Below are positions 36,717 to 46,867 of a DNA stretch of 50,953 bases, in pieces. The stretch is taken from the IMG/VR virus record IMGVR_UViG_3300046508_000002, positions 1-50,953 of that record; one strand, written 5' to 3'. The position numbers and the translations under genes were made by a program. Position 1 is the stretch's first letter. Each line of letters opens with the position of its first letter. Origin of the DNA: a virus. Taxonomy: Duplodnaviria > Caudoviricetes. The notes under the pieces were generated by a model. That model worked only from the letters and a program-made list of their open reading frames with translations, was not told the DNA's origin and ran no database searches.

Positions 36717-37430
36717 ATGTTGACCTACTCGACATATGTTTCAAGTTTAGCCAATCTTATGCCGGTTGATGCCAGTGACCCAGGCTTTGTAGCAGTTCTC
36801 GGTAACATCATCGATGATGCAGAGTTGCGGCTTTATCGTGCGCTCGATCTGGTGGATTCAAGCCAGCGCGATTCGTCATCAACATTCACGACGCTGACGC
36901 GCAATTTCAATCTGCCGACCTCACTTGGTACTTTTATTGTCTGTGATGAGATCAATGTAATTACTCCTGTCGGCACGACTGACCCCGAACTAGGCACGCG
37001 CAATCAGTTAATTCCGACATCGGATGAAATGCTGAACGCCTTGTGGCCAAGCGTAAACGGTTCAACGATTCCGCAATATTTTGCGATGATCAATCAGGAT
37101 TTAATTATCGTTGGTCCTTGGCCGGATGCTGCTTATACCGTGGAAGTAGTTGGCACGCAAAGACCAACACCACTTTCCGTATCTAATACAACCACACCTC
37201 TAACAACGTACTTTCCTGATTTATTTCTTGCAGCATCGATGGTGTTTGCAGCCGGGTACATGAAAAACTTCGGGGCCATGTCGGACGATCCCAAAATGGC
37301 CCAGAGTTGGCAGGCACATTACGATTCATTGCTGGCCGATGCCAAGACCGAAGAGGCACGCAAGCAATTCACATCGCAGGGATGGTCAGACAAATCGCCC
37401 ACTCCGCCGACGACTGCGCCAAGGACATAA
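36717..37430 (+). CDS. Tail/adaptor structural protein
   Basis: MLTYSTY...IIDDAELRLYR.LD...PQYFA...VGPWPDAAYTVE...PDLFLAASM. Confidence 0.7.
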   Translation: MLTYSTYVSSLANLMPVDASDPGFVAVLGNIIDDAELRLYRALDLVDSSQRDSSSTFTTLTRNFNLPTSLGTFIVCDEINVITPVGTTDPELGTRNQLIPTSDEMLNALWPSVNGSTIPQYFAMINQDLIIVGPWPDAAYTVEVVGTQRPTPLSVSNTTTPLTTYFPDLFLAASMVFAAGYMKNFGAMSDDPKMAQSWQAHYDSLLADAKTEEARKQFTSQGWSDKSPTPPTTAPRT

Positions 37431-37436
37431 ACGGTC

Positions 37437-38426
37437 ATGCCAAATACTGTTAATAAGGCGATTATCACTCCCAACACGGGAGATTTGTCTGGCACATGGG
37501 GCAGTGCTGCCGTAAATCCGAATATGACAGCTATCGACGGGATGCTCGGTGGCGCTCAAACAATCTCTCTTTCTGTAGCGACATCTTTCTCTCTTTCATT
37601 ACCTTCCGGTTCTTTAACTCCCGGTGCGGGGCCAAACCAATCTCAGAATGCATTGCTCAAGTTCACTGGCACATTGACTGGAAATGCCAACATAACATTT
37701 GGAATGCCTGGATTTTATATCGTTCATAACGCATGCACTGTAGGTGCGTTTTATATCAAACTTGTTCCTTCCGGCGGTGGCAATTCAATCTGTGCCCCTC
37801 CTGGTCGCAAGGCGCATGTGTTTTATGACGGCACCGACATGGATTACGTCGATATGCTGGAAGTCGGCGCAGCATTGGATTTGCACCAATCCGCTACGAC
37901 AATGCCAGCATGGATAACAAATTGCACGGTTAAGCCATATTTGATTAAGGACGGAACGGTTTATAACGTCAGCACATACCCGCAATTGGGCGCTGTGCTT
38001 GGCTCGACGTTCGGCGGCAATGGTGCCTCTACCTTTGGCGTACCGAATGAATTAAGCCGCGTAAGGATTCCTGTTGATACCAGTGGCGCAGCTGGACGCA
38101 TTACGGCGGCTGGTTCCGGTGTTAATGGAACCACGATGGGAGCGGCTGGCGGGTCGCAATTTTTACAGACGCATTCGCATACGGCGACTGTCACTGATCC
38201 TACTCACTTTCATCAAACTATCTCGCCTAACAATTCAGGAGTTGCGACTGCGCCTGACAACACACAAGCCAACTTATCCGCGAACCATGCGAATGACGGG
38301 GCTTCGGGTGGCAAGAGCAGCTCAAGCGCGACAGGCATCACCGTTGCAGTCAATGGAACTGGCTCAGGCTCCAGCGGCAACGTCATGCCGGTGATTGTCA
38401 GTTTCTTGCCGCTCGTGAAAACGTAA
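37437..38426 (+). CDS. Short tail fibre with tail-collar domain
   Basis: YLIKDGTVYNVSTYPQLGAVLGSTFGGNGASTFGVP collar motif; HSHTATVTDPTHFH; GNVMPVIV...VKT end. Confidence 0.85.
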   Translation: MPNTVNKAIITPNTGDLSGTWGSAAVNPNMTAIDGMLGGAQTISLSVATSFSLSLPSGSLTPGAGPNQSQNALLKFTGTLTGNANITFGMPGFYIVHNACTVGAFYIKLVPSGGGNSICAPPGRKAHVFYDGTDMDYVDMLEVGAALDLHQSATTMPAWITNCTVKPYLIKDGTVYNVSTYPQLGAVLGSTFGGNGASTFGVPNELSRVRIPVDTSGAAGRITAAGSGVNGTTMGAAGGSQFLQTHSHTATVTDPTHFHQTISPNNSGVATAPDNTQANLSANHANDGASGGKSSSSATGITVAVNGTGSGSSGNVMPVIVSFLPLVKT

Positions 38427-38431
38427 ATCCT

Positions 38432-40471
38432 ATGCCTTATGGCGAAGTCAAGTTGGTGCCGGGGGTTAATACTGAAAGGACACCTACTCTTTTAGAGGCC
38501 GGCATCTCGCAGAGCCAACTAGTCCGATTCAAAGATGGCTTGGTTCAAAAATATGGCGGGTGGCAGAAGTATTACAACTTTGCACTTTCCGGGACACCTC
38601 GTGATCTTCACGCATGGGAGGATTTGAATTCTACTAATCGGCTTCTTGTAGGCACCACAAGTCAATTGGCGATGATAACTTCCGGGTCCTTGGTCGATAT
38701 TACTCCACAACAAAAGACCACCAACCCGGCGGTAAGTTTCACGACCGTCATTAATACACCGACCGTCGAAATTACCGACGCTGGTATTGCTACCATCACC
38801 ACGTTCGATTCAATCATGTTGAATACGCCGATTGCGGTCGGCGGGTTGGTTCTGTCTGGTCTTTATCCGGTTACCGCAGTGACTGGTGTTACCACTTACA
38901 AGATTACCGCATCAATAAATGCCACATCAAACGCCTCGACCGCAGGCGCGGTCCCTGTTTTTACAACTGTATCAGGCTCGGCGGCTGTTTCGGTCCTGAT
39001 TACGGCGCATGGCGTTGCGGTTGGTGATCGCGTGGTGTTTCAGGTGACAACTACAGGAAACGGCGTCACAATATTTGGGCATCAGACTGTTGCATCAGTG
39101 ACCGATGCAAATAATTTTAAGATTAATGCCCAGTCGCAGGCGACAGGTAGCGGTTCATTCTCTATGAATAGCGGGACGGCGCAGATACTCTATTACATCA
39201 ATCTTGGTCCGGCGGCACTTGGTTCTGGATATGGATTAGGAACATATGGTTCTGGCGGGTATGGCACAGGAACGGCAACTTCAGTCCAGACTGGAACTGC
39301 AATAACCGCGACGGATTGGACATCGGATAATTGGGGCCAGATTATCCTGAGTTGTCCTTCCGGTGGGGGCGTTTATCAATATGATCCAACAGGAGGATTT
39401 ACAAACTCTGGATTAATAGCAACGGCACCGCCTTTTAATGGTGGAATATTTGTCAGCAATTCGCTTCAGATATTGTTCTGCTGGGGATCGTCGCAAGTAC
39501 AGATCATTGGTGTCGAGCGCGATCCAATGCTTATTAGTTGGTCTGATTTGGGAGATTACACATCGTTTATACCTCTTACAACAAACCAAGCAGGTAGTTT
39601 CCGTATTCCAATAGGTTCAACTATTCGCGGTGGCATGGCGGTCAGTAATCAGAATTTGTTCTGGACCGATCTTGATCTATGGGCCGCAAATTATTGCGGA
39701 TTTCCTCTCGTGTTTGGCTTCAATAAGATCGGTGCAGGTGCTGGTGCGATTTCATCCCATGCAATGCAGCAGCTTCGTAATGCGGTTTATTGGATGGGTT
39801 CTACCAACTTTTATGTTTATAGCGGAAGTGGCGTATCTGTCATTCCATGTCCGGTCTGGGACGCCGTGTTTCAGAATTTGAATACGGCTTATGGCTCTAA
39901 TGTTCGAGCCATGCCAAATACCGGGTTTAATGAGGCTGGATGGCTTTATCCTTCAACGGCATCAACGAATGGCGAATGCGATTCATACGTGAAAATGAAC
40001 ATCACGGAGCCGAATGCGCCGTGGGATTATGGCACGTTAGCTCGATCAGCTTGGATTGATCAGACAATCCTAGGTAATCCGGTTTCCGCAAACCCAACAG
40101 GGATTATTTATCAGCAGGAAACTACGCGAGACGCTGATGGTGCGCCGTTAATGGCGTCCTTTACGAGCGGTTATTTCTATCTTGCTGAAGGCCAGGAGTT
40201 TGCCTTTGTTGATCAGATCATACCCGATATGAAATGGGATGTGTTTGGCGGATCATCGAGCGCGCAAGTTTCCTTGACATTTAATGTGTTGAACTATCCA
40301 GGCGACACGCCAACGGTTTATGGACCGTACATAATGAACAGCACAACGGAATATATTTCAGTACGGTTTCGCGGTCGTCAGATGTCGGTCACTGTGGCGT
40401 CGAATGATAACGGGTCGTGGTGGCGTCTTGGCAAGATTCGTTATCGGTACGCTCCTGCTGGTAGGAGGTAA
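38432..40471 (+). CDS. Tail nozzle / packaged-DNA stabilisation protein (P22 gp10-like)
   Basis: PGVN...VRFKDG..QKYGGW, WTSDNWG, DPMLISWSD, TNQAGSFRI, RFRGRQ...WRLGKIR...GRR. Confidence 0.75.
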   Translation: MPYGEVKLVPGVNTERTPTLLEAGISQSQLVRFKDGLVQKYGGWQKYYNFALSGTPRDLHAWEDLNSTNRLLVGTTSQLAMITSGSLVDITPQQKTTNPAVSFTTVINTPTVEITDAGIATITTFDSIMLNTPIAVGGLVLSGLYPVTAVTGVTTYKITASINATSNASTAGAVPVFTTVSGSAAVSVLITAHGVAVGDRVVFQVTTTGNGVTIFGHQTVASVTDANNFKINAQSQATGSGSFSMNSGTAQILYYINLGPAALGSGYGLGTYGSGGYGTGTATSVQTGTAITATDWTSDNWGQIILSCPSGGGVYQYDPTGGFTNSGLIATAPPFNGGIFVSNSLQILFCWGSSQVQIIGVERDPMLISWSDLGDYTSFIPLTTNQAGSFRIPIGSTIRGGMAVSNQNLFWTDLDLWAANYCGFPLVFGFNKIGAGAGAISSHAMQQLRNAVYWMGSTNFYVYSGSGVSVIPCPVWDAVFQNLNTAYGSNVRAMPNTGFNEAGWLYPSTASTNGECDSYVKMNITEPNAPWDYGTLARSAWIDQTILGNPVSANPTGIIYQQETTRDADGAPLMASFTSGYFYLAEGQEFAFVDQIIPDMKWDVFGGSSSAQVSLTFNVLNYPGDTPTVYGPYIMNSTTEYISVRFRGRQMSVTVASNDNGSWWRLGKIRYRYAPAGRR

Positions 40472-40473
40472 CT

Positions 40474-40878
40474 ATTGCCACCATCGACGATATAAACTCA
40501 ACCCTTCAGAACATCGCCCGTCAACTTGGCGCGCAGACTCAATCGCAGGCTAATGCTACACCTAATGCAACGGCGTCAACCTCGCCGGTATCTTATCCAT
40601 ACAACAACATCGGAACTTCGACGGCGACAACCGTTATTACAGCAAATGCTAATCGCTATGGTCTGATATTTCATAATCCAGGAACGGCAACTATCTACGT
40701 TTACCCAAGCAATATAACTTCCGCACCATCTTTTAGCTCACTGGGTGGATCGTTTTTGATTTATCCAAGCGCGACGTTGGCGTTTCCGTCCACTATGTTT
40801 GCTAATGTTAATGGTGCCTGGTCTGCGTTCAGCGGGACTGGATCAAACCAGTCATTTACCGTGGTGGAGTTTTTGTAA
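40474..40878 (+). CDS. Hypothetical virion protein (134 aa), ATT start, absent from the ORF track
   Basis: TAGGAGG-N5-ATT GCC ACC ATC GAC gives (M)ATIDDINSTLQNIARQLG...ANANRYGLIFHNPG...FTVVEFL*. It exactly fills a 400-bp gap and its TAA overlaps the next ATG. Confidence 0.8.
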   Translation: MATIDDINSTLQNIARQLGAQTQSQANATPNATASTSPVSYPYNNIGTSTATTVITANANRYGLIFHNPGTATIYVYPSNITSAPSFSSLGGSFLIYPSATLAFPSTMFANVNGAWSAFSGTGSNQSFTVVEFL

Positions 40879-41345
40879 TGGACTTCTTTCCAGGTCCGAA
40901 TTTGTTGGTGAAAACGGCACCGGATGGGGATTCAACTAATTTCCCAGCGTCAACAAGGTTTGTCACGACAGCAATTGCAGTAGCAACGGCGGCACTTCCT
41001 GCGGGGGTTAGTAGCAGTCAGGTCATTACTTCTTTCATATCTGGCGGCATCGCTGCACCGGCAAATAAATCTTATAATATTATTGAGTTTGCACCGTTTG
41101 CCATCACACTGACTAGCTTTGTTGGTAAATTGTCTACAGGAACGATGACGGCTTATCTAAGCATTAATGCCGCGACGGTTACGGGGAGTACCATGGGGGC
41201 ATCGTCCACTCAAACGACAGTCACGCCTAGTGCGTTAAATACTTCGGCAATTGGATCAACTCTGATTTTGACTGTTTCATCTAATACAAGTGGTGCCAAT
41301 TTTTCGTTTATGGTAAGTTTCAACCAAACATTGACTTTGGTCTGA
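40878..41345 (+). CDS. Hypothetical virion/fibre protein
   Basis: TAPDGDSTN..ASTRFVTTAI fibre-like motif; TAATG coupling. Confidence 0.65.
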   Translation: MDFFPGPNLLVKTAPDGDSTNFPASTRFVTTAIAVATAALPAGVSSSQVITSFISGGIAAPANKSYNIIEFAPFAITLTSFVGKLSTGTMTAYLSINAATVTGSTMGASSTQTTVTPSALNTSAIGSTLILTVSSNTSGANFSFMVSFNQTLTLV

Positions 41346-41349
41346 CCTA

Positions 41350-41940
41350 ATGCCGATGTGGTTTTATGCAGACGGGACGCCGTTTTCTGCCAGTTTTGTA
41401 GATTCAAAAAGCGGAGCAAAAACTTGGACGGGAGTAAATATTGGGGTGGCAGATGCTTCGCGTATCATTGTGGTGGCGGTTTCATCTTTATCAGGAACAG
41501 CAGTAAGTGCAGTCGATGTTGGGGGTGTTACCGCAACAAACCGAGTTGATGGCAACCGCGCTCAACTTTGGACGGCAAAAGTTCCTACTGGAACCACATG
41601 CACTATTACCCTTACAGTTCTATCCGCAACTCTAAATGCAATCGGAGTTTATGCCCTTTACGGATTGAGTCTTGAAACGCCATTTGCGTCCGGTACGGGA
41701 ACTTCAAGCGCAACAGCCAATGTTGCGGCAGGAGGATTTGCAATTGCTTGTGCGGCTGGTATTAATGGAAGTAGTGGTCCAGTTTGGACAGGTCTGACTT
41801 TAGATTACACCGTTACCATATCAAGCGATATAATGTCTTCTGCGAGTGCTTTATTTGCGAGCGCGCAAACGCCCCTATCTGTTTCAGAGACAGGATTAGC
41901 ATCTCCAAATATGGCCCTTGGTTCTTGGGGGCCAACGTGA
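41350..41940 (+). CDS. Hypothetical virion protein (beta-rich)
   Basis: TWTGVNIGVADASRIIVVAV...AQLWTAKVPTGTT. Confidence 0.65.
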   Translation: MPMWFYADGTPFSASFVDSKSGAKTWTGVNIGVADASRIIVVAVSSLSGTAVSAVDVGGVTATNRVDGNRAQLWTAKVPTGTTCTITLTVLSATLNAIGVYALYGLSLETPFASGTGTSSATANVAAGGFAIACAAGINGSSGPVWTGLTLDYTVTISSDIMSSASALFASAQTPLSVSETGLASPNMALGSWGPT

Positions 41941-41953
41941 TTGAGAACAAAAA

Positions 41954-42532
41954 ATGCCATTAGAAAAATCAAAATCGCCAGAAGCGTTCAAGACGAATGT
42001 CGGGACGCTTATGAGAGAAATTGGAAAATCTTCGCACGTCCAATCACGCGCTCAGGCCCTTGCGGTGGCGTATAGTATTAAACGCCGCGCCCGCGCTGAA
42101 GGTGGTCAGGTGCATGTCGGCCCGATCAATTCAACCGTTCCTGGTCGTACCGACGATCATCCAATGGATGTTCCGTCTGGATCGTATGTATTGCCGAGCG
42201 AAACAGTGTCGAACCTTGGCGAAAACAACACCAACGCAGGAATGGTAAAAATTCATCAAGTTTTAAGCGGCACGCCAGAACAGATAAGAAAGTTCTTTGG
42301 AGCCAAAGGAATATATAGAGCCAATGGCGGTCAAACAGACACGCCAAAAGAAACAAACCCGGTGCCAATTCGGTCAGCCGGTGGCGAGTACGTCATAGAG
42401 CCGCATATTGTCTCAATAATTGGAGGCGGTGATATTAAAAAGGGCCACGCAACACTTGATGCTTGGGTATTATCCAGACGCAAAAATCATATCAAAACAC
42501 TAAAAGGTCTTGCACCTCCGGCTAAGGATTAA
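41954..42532 (+). CDS. Conserved phage protein with (R)AxGG motifs, probably internal
   Basis: QALAVAYS, RAEGGQV, GRTDDHPMDVPSGSYVLP, AGGEYVI. Confidence 0.7.
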   Translation: MPLEKSKSPEAFKTNVGTLMREIGKSSHVQSRAQALAVAYSIKRRARAEGGQVHVGPINSTVPGRTDDHPMDVPSGSYVLPSETVSNLGENNTNAGMVKIHQVLSGTPEQIRKFFGAKGIYRANGGQTDTPKETNPVPIRSAGGEYVIEPHIVSIIGGGDIKKGHATLDAWVLSRRKNHIKTLKGLAPPAKD

Positions 42533-42534
42533 AT

Positions 42535-43107
42535 ATGTCTGAAGAAGTTCGCATTGCTACACGAGAAGATGAACATGAGATAATTCAATTATTGCATGTG
42601 ATGCACTTTGATAATGGTATGATGCCACTAGATGAACAATGCGCCAGCGAGTTCTTTTCCAGGGCGTTTAATAAAACCGGAGGAATAATCGGTGTTATCG
42701 GACAACACGGTGATATCCGTGCAATGATATATTTGCTCCTCACCAGATTTTGGTACACCAGTACGATGCACATGGAAGAGTGCTTTAATTTTGTTCGGCC
42801 TGACATGCGTAAGAGCGATTATGCTCGCACACTAATTAACTTTGCACAGAAATGCGCCGATGAAATCAAGATACCTCTGATAATTGGCGTTCTGACTAAT
42901 AACCGCATGGAAGGCAAGGTTCGTCTGTATCGTCGTGCGTTGGGCATACCGTCTGGAGCTTTCTTCGTCTATGGCGCAAATTGGTCGGTGTGCGATCCTT
43001 CCAGCGAGGATTTCTGGCGATCACCGTTTCCTGAGAGAAAAAAGACACAGACTCTTGGCCAAGTAAGAGCAAGAGAAAAGCTAAAAAATTCTGCGGTAGG
43101 AGGCTAA
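42535..43107 (+). CDS. GNAT-fold acetyltransferase-like protein
   Basis: VRIATRED start and FVRPDMRKSDYARTLI motif A-like segment; precedes the ejection genes as in many podoviruses. Confidence 0.65.
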   Translation: MSEEVRIATREDEHEIIQLLHVMHFDNGMMPLDEQCASEFFSRAFNKTGGIIGVIGQHGDIRAMIYLLLTRFWYTSTMHMEECFNFVRPDMRKSDYARTLINFAQKCADEIKIPLIIGVLTNNRMEGKVRLYRRALGIPSGAFFVYGANWSVCDPSSEDFWRSPFPERKKTQTLGQVRAREKLKNSAVGG

Positions 43108-43108
43108 T

Positions 43109-46100
43109 ATTTCAAAAGGTTCTAACAGCCAAGTTACCAACTCCTCTTCTTCCGTCGCCCCTAATCCGCAGGCGATGCAGGCATATCAGGACTTGCTGGC
43201 GCGGTCGGAGAGTGTTTCTCAAACACCTTTTCAGGCTTATTCAGGGCAAGAAGTTGCGCCCATTAACGCACAACAGACAACTGGTGTTGGGAGCATAAAT
43301 ACCGGCGCGTCTGGTTTTACACCGTACACTGGACAGGCCGGTGCGGACATTGCGGGCGGTACACAGGCGGTAACTGGCAATGATATCAATCAGTACATGG
43401 ACCCGTATACCAATCAGGTTATCAACGCGACACAAAACGATTTCAATACGCAGAATCAGCGTGCCAATTCCATTGTGACAGGTAACGCGGCAGCCCAGGG
43501 CGCATTAGGCGGCAACCGTGTTGGCGTGGCGCAGGCATTGACCCAAGAAGGTGAAACGCGCGCCCAAGACCCAATCATTGCTGGACTGCGTAGCCAAGGC
43601 TTTCAAAGCGCGGAGCAAATGGCCAATGCACAGAAGGCCAGAGAAATCCAAGGTGGCCAGACATTAGCCCAGACTGGATTGCAAGAAGCTGGTGCGCAGG
43701 TCGGTGCTGGCACAATGGAACAGCAGACTTCGCAAGCGCAGAATACACAGGCGATGACGGATTACTATACGCAACAGGGTTATCCGTTTGCGACCGCGCA
43801 ATGGCTGGCGTCTCAGATACTTCCGACTGGATCGCAGATGGGCAGCACCAGCACGGGGACATCAGCAACACAAGGGCCAACGCCTAACTCATGGTTACAA
43901 GGTGCTGGTTTAGGAATTGCTGGATTAGGAGCTTTGGGTCAGGCAGGCGGATCAGCAGGTATTGCAGGATTAGCTCCAATGTTGGCAGCGTTAAAAACTG
44001 GTGGTGCAGCCAATGCAAAAACTGTTCCCGAAAATTCTAATACTCTTAAAATCCAACAGCAACAGCTTATAAACGGTCATCGTCATGTTCAGATGTTCCC
44101 TAATGGAACGAAAGAACTCCCTCTTCCGTCTGGAATGCAAAGGACCAAAACCCACAAAGGTATATTTCATCACAATCCTAGTGTAGTAAGTTCTAGAGGT
44201 ATTCACAGTGCAGTTTCTAGTGGACAAGAAAATGAAATACTAAATCTTGGGCCGGTATCAAAGGATGAAGCAATTCATCGTGCTTATGGTGGGGATATCC
44301 CAATATCAATAGTTGAACGAAGCCCAGATGGTACTGAAGTAAGAGCGGCTGGAGGAACAATAGGAACGGCCCACCAGCAGGCACATTACTTCAATCAGAC
44401 TAAATCTCCTGGCAATCTTATTCATATTGAACATCCAAGCGAAACCATTAATAGACGCGCAAGCGGCGGGGCCATTCATGGCTTTGCTGCTGGTGGCAAT
44501 CCTTATGGTGCTGGCGTAACTGGACCATGGGGCACGTCCCGTGGTTATACGCCGCCTCATGGTTGGGTGCCGACTGGTGGCGCAGTTAGAGGTACACCAC
44601 TACGCGATCCAGGATTTCCGCAGCAACCAAGACTTCCTGACCAGTCTATATCTTCGTCAAGCATATCTGGTATAGGAAAAAATATTGGTTCAATAGGCAA
44701 TTCACTTTATAATTGGTCCAACACGCCGTCATCTCCGCCGTCAGGCGGTGAAACGGATGCTGGATCGCTAGATAGTTGGAACGCTGGCTATAATAACGGT
44801 AACAAGCGCGGAGGTAGAATTTCAGGATTTGATATGGGCGGCGGCGTCCCTGTATCATCAGGCTTCGGCGGGGGTGCCTACGGTCCAGGTGGTAGTGTAC
44901 CTGACATCGACATGAGCGATGAACCTCCGATCAGCTACACCCCAAGCACACCTGATGAGCGCGCATCAGATTACAATGCCCTGAGACTTAGCGGAAGAGA
45001 TGTCAATCCTGAGGCTGGGAACGGCATTATTGCGTCGAACGCTGGACTTAATGCGTCACCGGATATTGGCGTAGCATCGGCTGAACCGGCTACTGGTTCC
45101 CCAATTGTGGACAAGGCAATAACCGCATTCAAGGGCGTGACATCCGGTCGGGGTTTCAAACCATCCGTTGATGTGCCGTCTAGTGCTTCAGCTTTAGATG
45201 AAACTGGCGCTCCGGCTACAGAAGAACTCTCGGCTGCTCCTCGTCGCGGCGTTGCTGCTGGTGCCGCGCCCAGTGGTGGCATGGGTGGTTTTAATCCGCT
45301 CAATCTCTCTGACCAAGCACGTCAAGGATTGATCAGCATGGGTCTAGGCATGATGGCCAATCGCCGTGGTGGTCCTGGCAGCTTCCTTGCTGGTGTAGGC
45401 GAGGCCGGCGAACAGGGCATGACGACTTATGCCAATGCGATGGCTCTTACACATCAACAGGAACTGGAACGGCAAAAACTGCAACAGGCTTGGTTGTTGC
45501 ATAATGCCATTACGCCTTATCAAAGAGCACAATTGGAACGAGAAACAGTTGCCCCAGTTCCAGGATCAATGACATCCGATGGACATCAGATCGGTTATGA
45601 TAAGCGTACTGGCAAGACCTTCGACATGATTACTAATCAGCCTCTAACGGCTGACCAGCAAAATGGAGTTTTAACTGGCGGATGGAAACCGTATCCGAGT
45701 AAAGTCACGGAAGAAGGCGATCCTGTTCTCATAAATCCGCAAGGGCGTATGAAGAATGCGGCAACGCAAGAAATGCTTCCGCCCGGCATAAAACTCAAGG
45801 ATGCCAAACAGGGTCTTGGTGATATGTTTGCGCCGCCGACTTCGGATGACAAATCATCCGTCCCTGACAAATCAATTCCAAAGGCGGCAAAGCCTATCCA
45901 GTACAACCCTGAAAATGATGTCGATCCGACAAAGCCTCTCAGTGCCGAACAACAGGGGAAGATTGAGGATTATCACGCTGATAAAATGACAGATACGTTG
46001 AAGTCATTAGAAAATACCCATGCGCCAGGAACCCATCCTGAAGTGCTGGATGCTCTCGTGGCCAATATGGGTTCAAGAGGAAAAGGAATTGCTGCGACCA

Positions 46101-46867
46101 TAAAGGCAGTTTCAGAAGGCCGACAGACGCTTGCATCTGTTCCAGGCCGCAATGTAGATTTTAACGGGCAAAAAATAAATCTTAAAGACATCGTTGAGAG
46201 TGGCGTTAATACATACAACCCTGGTTGGGAGCAAAGTAACGCAACAACAAGAGCCAATACAATGAAGGACTTGGCACCCAACGGGACAACTGGTAAATTG
46301 ATCTTGGGTGTCAATCAGCTTCTGCCACATTTGAAAACGGCAAGCGACGCCGTTGATGCTCTCGACAATAGAAACTATCCTGTTGCTAATAAAATTACCA
46401 ATTGGACACGATCCAATATTGGCGACCCGCGTGTTTCAAGATTCAACACTGTGCGGGACGTGGTGGCCCTTGATGCTGCCCGTATTCTTCGCGGCGGTGG
46501 CGTCTTTACGGAAAAGGAAGTGCAAGACTGGCACAACAATCTATCCAACGCTGGTTCCCCTGCGGCGCTCAATGGCGTGTTGAATCTTCTCGGCAAAGAC
46601 CTTATGGGTGCTCGCGTCAACTCAATTCAACACAGTTATAGAATGCTGGCCGGAAAGGAAGCACCATTGCTTATTTCACCGGAGGCTCAGAGTGCGTTGA
46701 AGGTTATTGAAGAAAGGGACTTGAAGTCCAATTATCCAACACCAAAGGCTGCATCAGGTGCCCCGCCAGCGACGGATGCTAATATTGCCGTTGGAACAGA
46801 ACGACAATTCAAGCAAGGCACTGGCGTTTGGAATGGGACAAAATGGGTTCCGAAAGGAACACAGTAA
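43109..46867 (+). CDS. Large internal virion / DNA ejection protein, with a proposed ATT start
   Basis: TAGGAGG-N5-ATT TCA AAA GGT gives (M)SKGSNSQVTNSSSSVAPNPQAMQAY, 22 codons upstream of the tracked ATG. Gln/Gly/Ala-rich, with YMDPYTNQVI and GALGGNR motifs. Confidence 0.75.
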   Translation: MSKGSNSQVTNSSSSVAPNPQAMQAYQDLLARSESVSQTPFQAYSGQEVAPINAQQTTGVGSINTGASGFTPYTGQAGADIAGGTQAVTGNDINQYMDPYTNQVINATQNDFNTQNQRANSIVTGNAAAQGALGGNRVGVAQALTQEGETRAQDPIIAGLRSQGFQSAEQMANAQKAREIQGGQTLAQTGLQEAGAQVGAGTMEQQTSQAQNTQAMTDYYTQQGYPFATAQWLASQILPTGSQMGSTSTGTSATQGPTPNSWLQGAGLGIAGLGALGQAGGSAGIAGLAPMLAALKTGGAANAKTVPENSNTLKIQQQQLINGHRHVQMFPNGTKELPLPSGMQRTKTHKGIFHHNPSVVSSRGIHSAVSSGQENEILNLGPVSKDEAIHRAYGGDIPISIVERSPDGTEVRAAGGTIGTAHQQAHYFNQTKSPGNLIHIEHPSETINRRASGGAIHGFAAGGNPYGAGVTGPWGTSRGYTPPHGWVPTGGAVRGTPLRDPGFPQQPRLPDQSISSSSISGIGKNIGSIGNSLYNWSNTPSSPPSGGETDAGSLDSWNAGYNNGNKRGGRISGFDMGGGVPVSSGFGGGAYGPGGSVPDIDMSDEPPISYTPSTPDERASDYNALRLSGRDVNPEAGNGIIASNAGLNASPDIGVASAEPATGSPIVDKAITAFKGVTSGRGFKPSVDVPSSASALDETGAPATEELSAAPRRGVAAGAAPSGGMGGFNPLNLSDQARQGLISMGLGMMANRRGGPGSFLAGVGEAGEQGMTTYANAMALTHQQELERQKLQQAWLLHNAITPYQRAQLERETVAPVPGSMTSDGHQIGYDKRTGKTFDMITNQPLTADQQNGVLTGGWKPYPSKVTEEGDPVLINPQGRMKNAATQEMLPPGIKLKDAKQGLGDMFAPPTSDDKSSVPDKSIPKAAKPIQYNPENDVDPTKPLSAEQQGKIEDYHADKMTDTLKSLENTHAPGTHPEVLDALVANMGSRGKGIAATIKAVSEGRQTLASVPGRNVDFNGQKINLKDIVESGVNTYNPGWEQSNATTRANTMKDLAPNGTTGKLILGVNQLLPHLKTASDAVDALDNRNYPVANKITNWTRSNIGDPRVSRFNTVRDVVALDAARILRGGGVFTEKEVQDWHNNLSNAGSPAALNGVLNLLGKDLMGARVNSIQHSYRMLAGKEAPLLISPEAQSALKVIEERDLKSNYPTPKAASGAPPATDANIAVGTERQFKQGTGVWNGTKWVPKGTQ

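Noticed and set aside
29141-41940. Diversity-generating retroelement or invertible tail-fibre switch
   Set aside because: No reverse transcriptase, invertase or near-identical template/variable repeat pair was seen; the paralogous genes differ mainly at synonymous sites rather than specifically at adenines.
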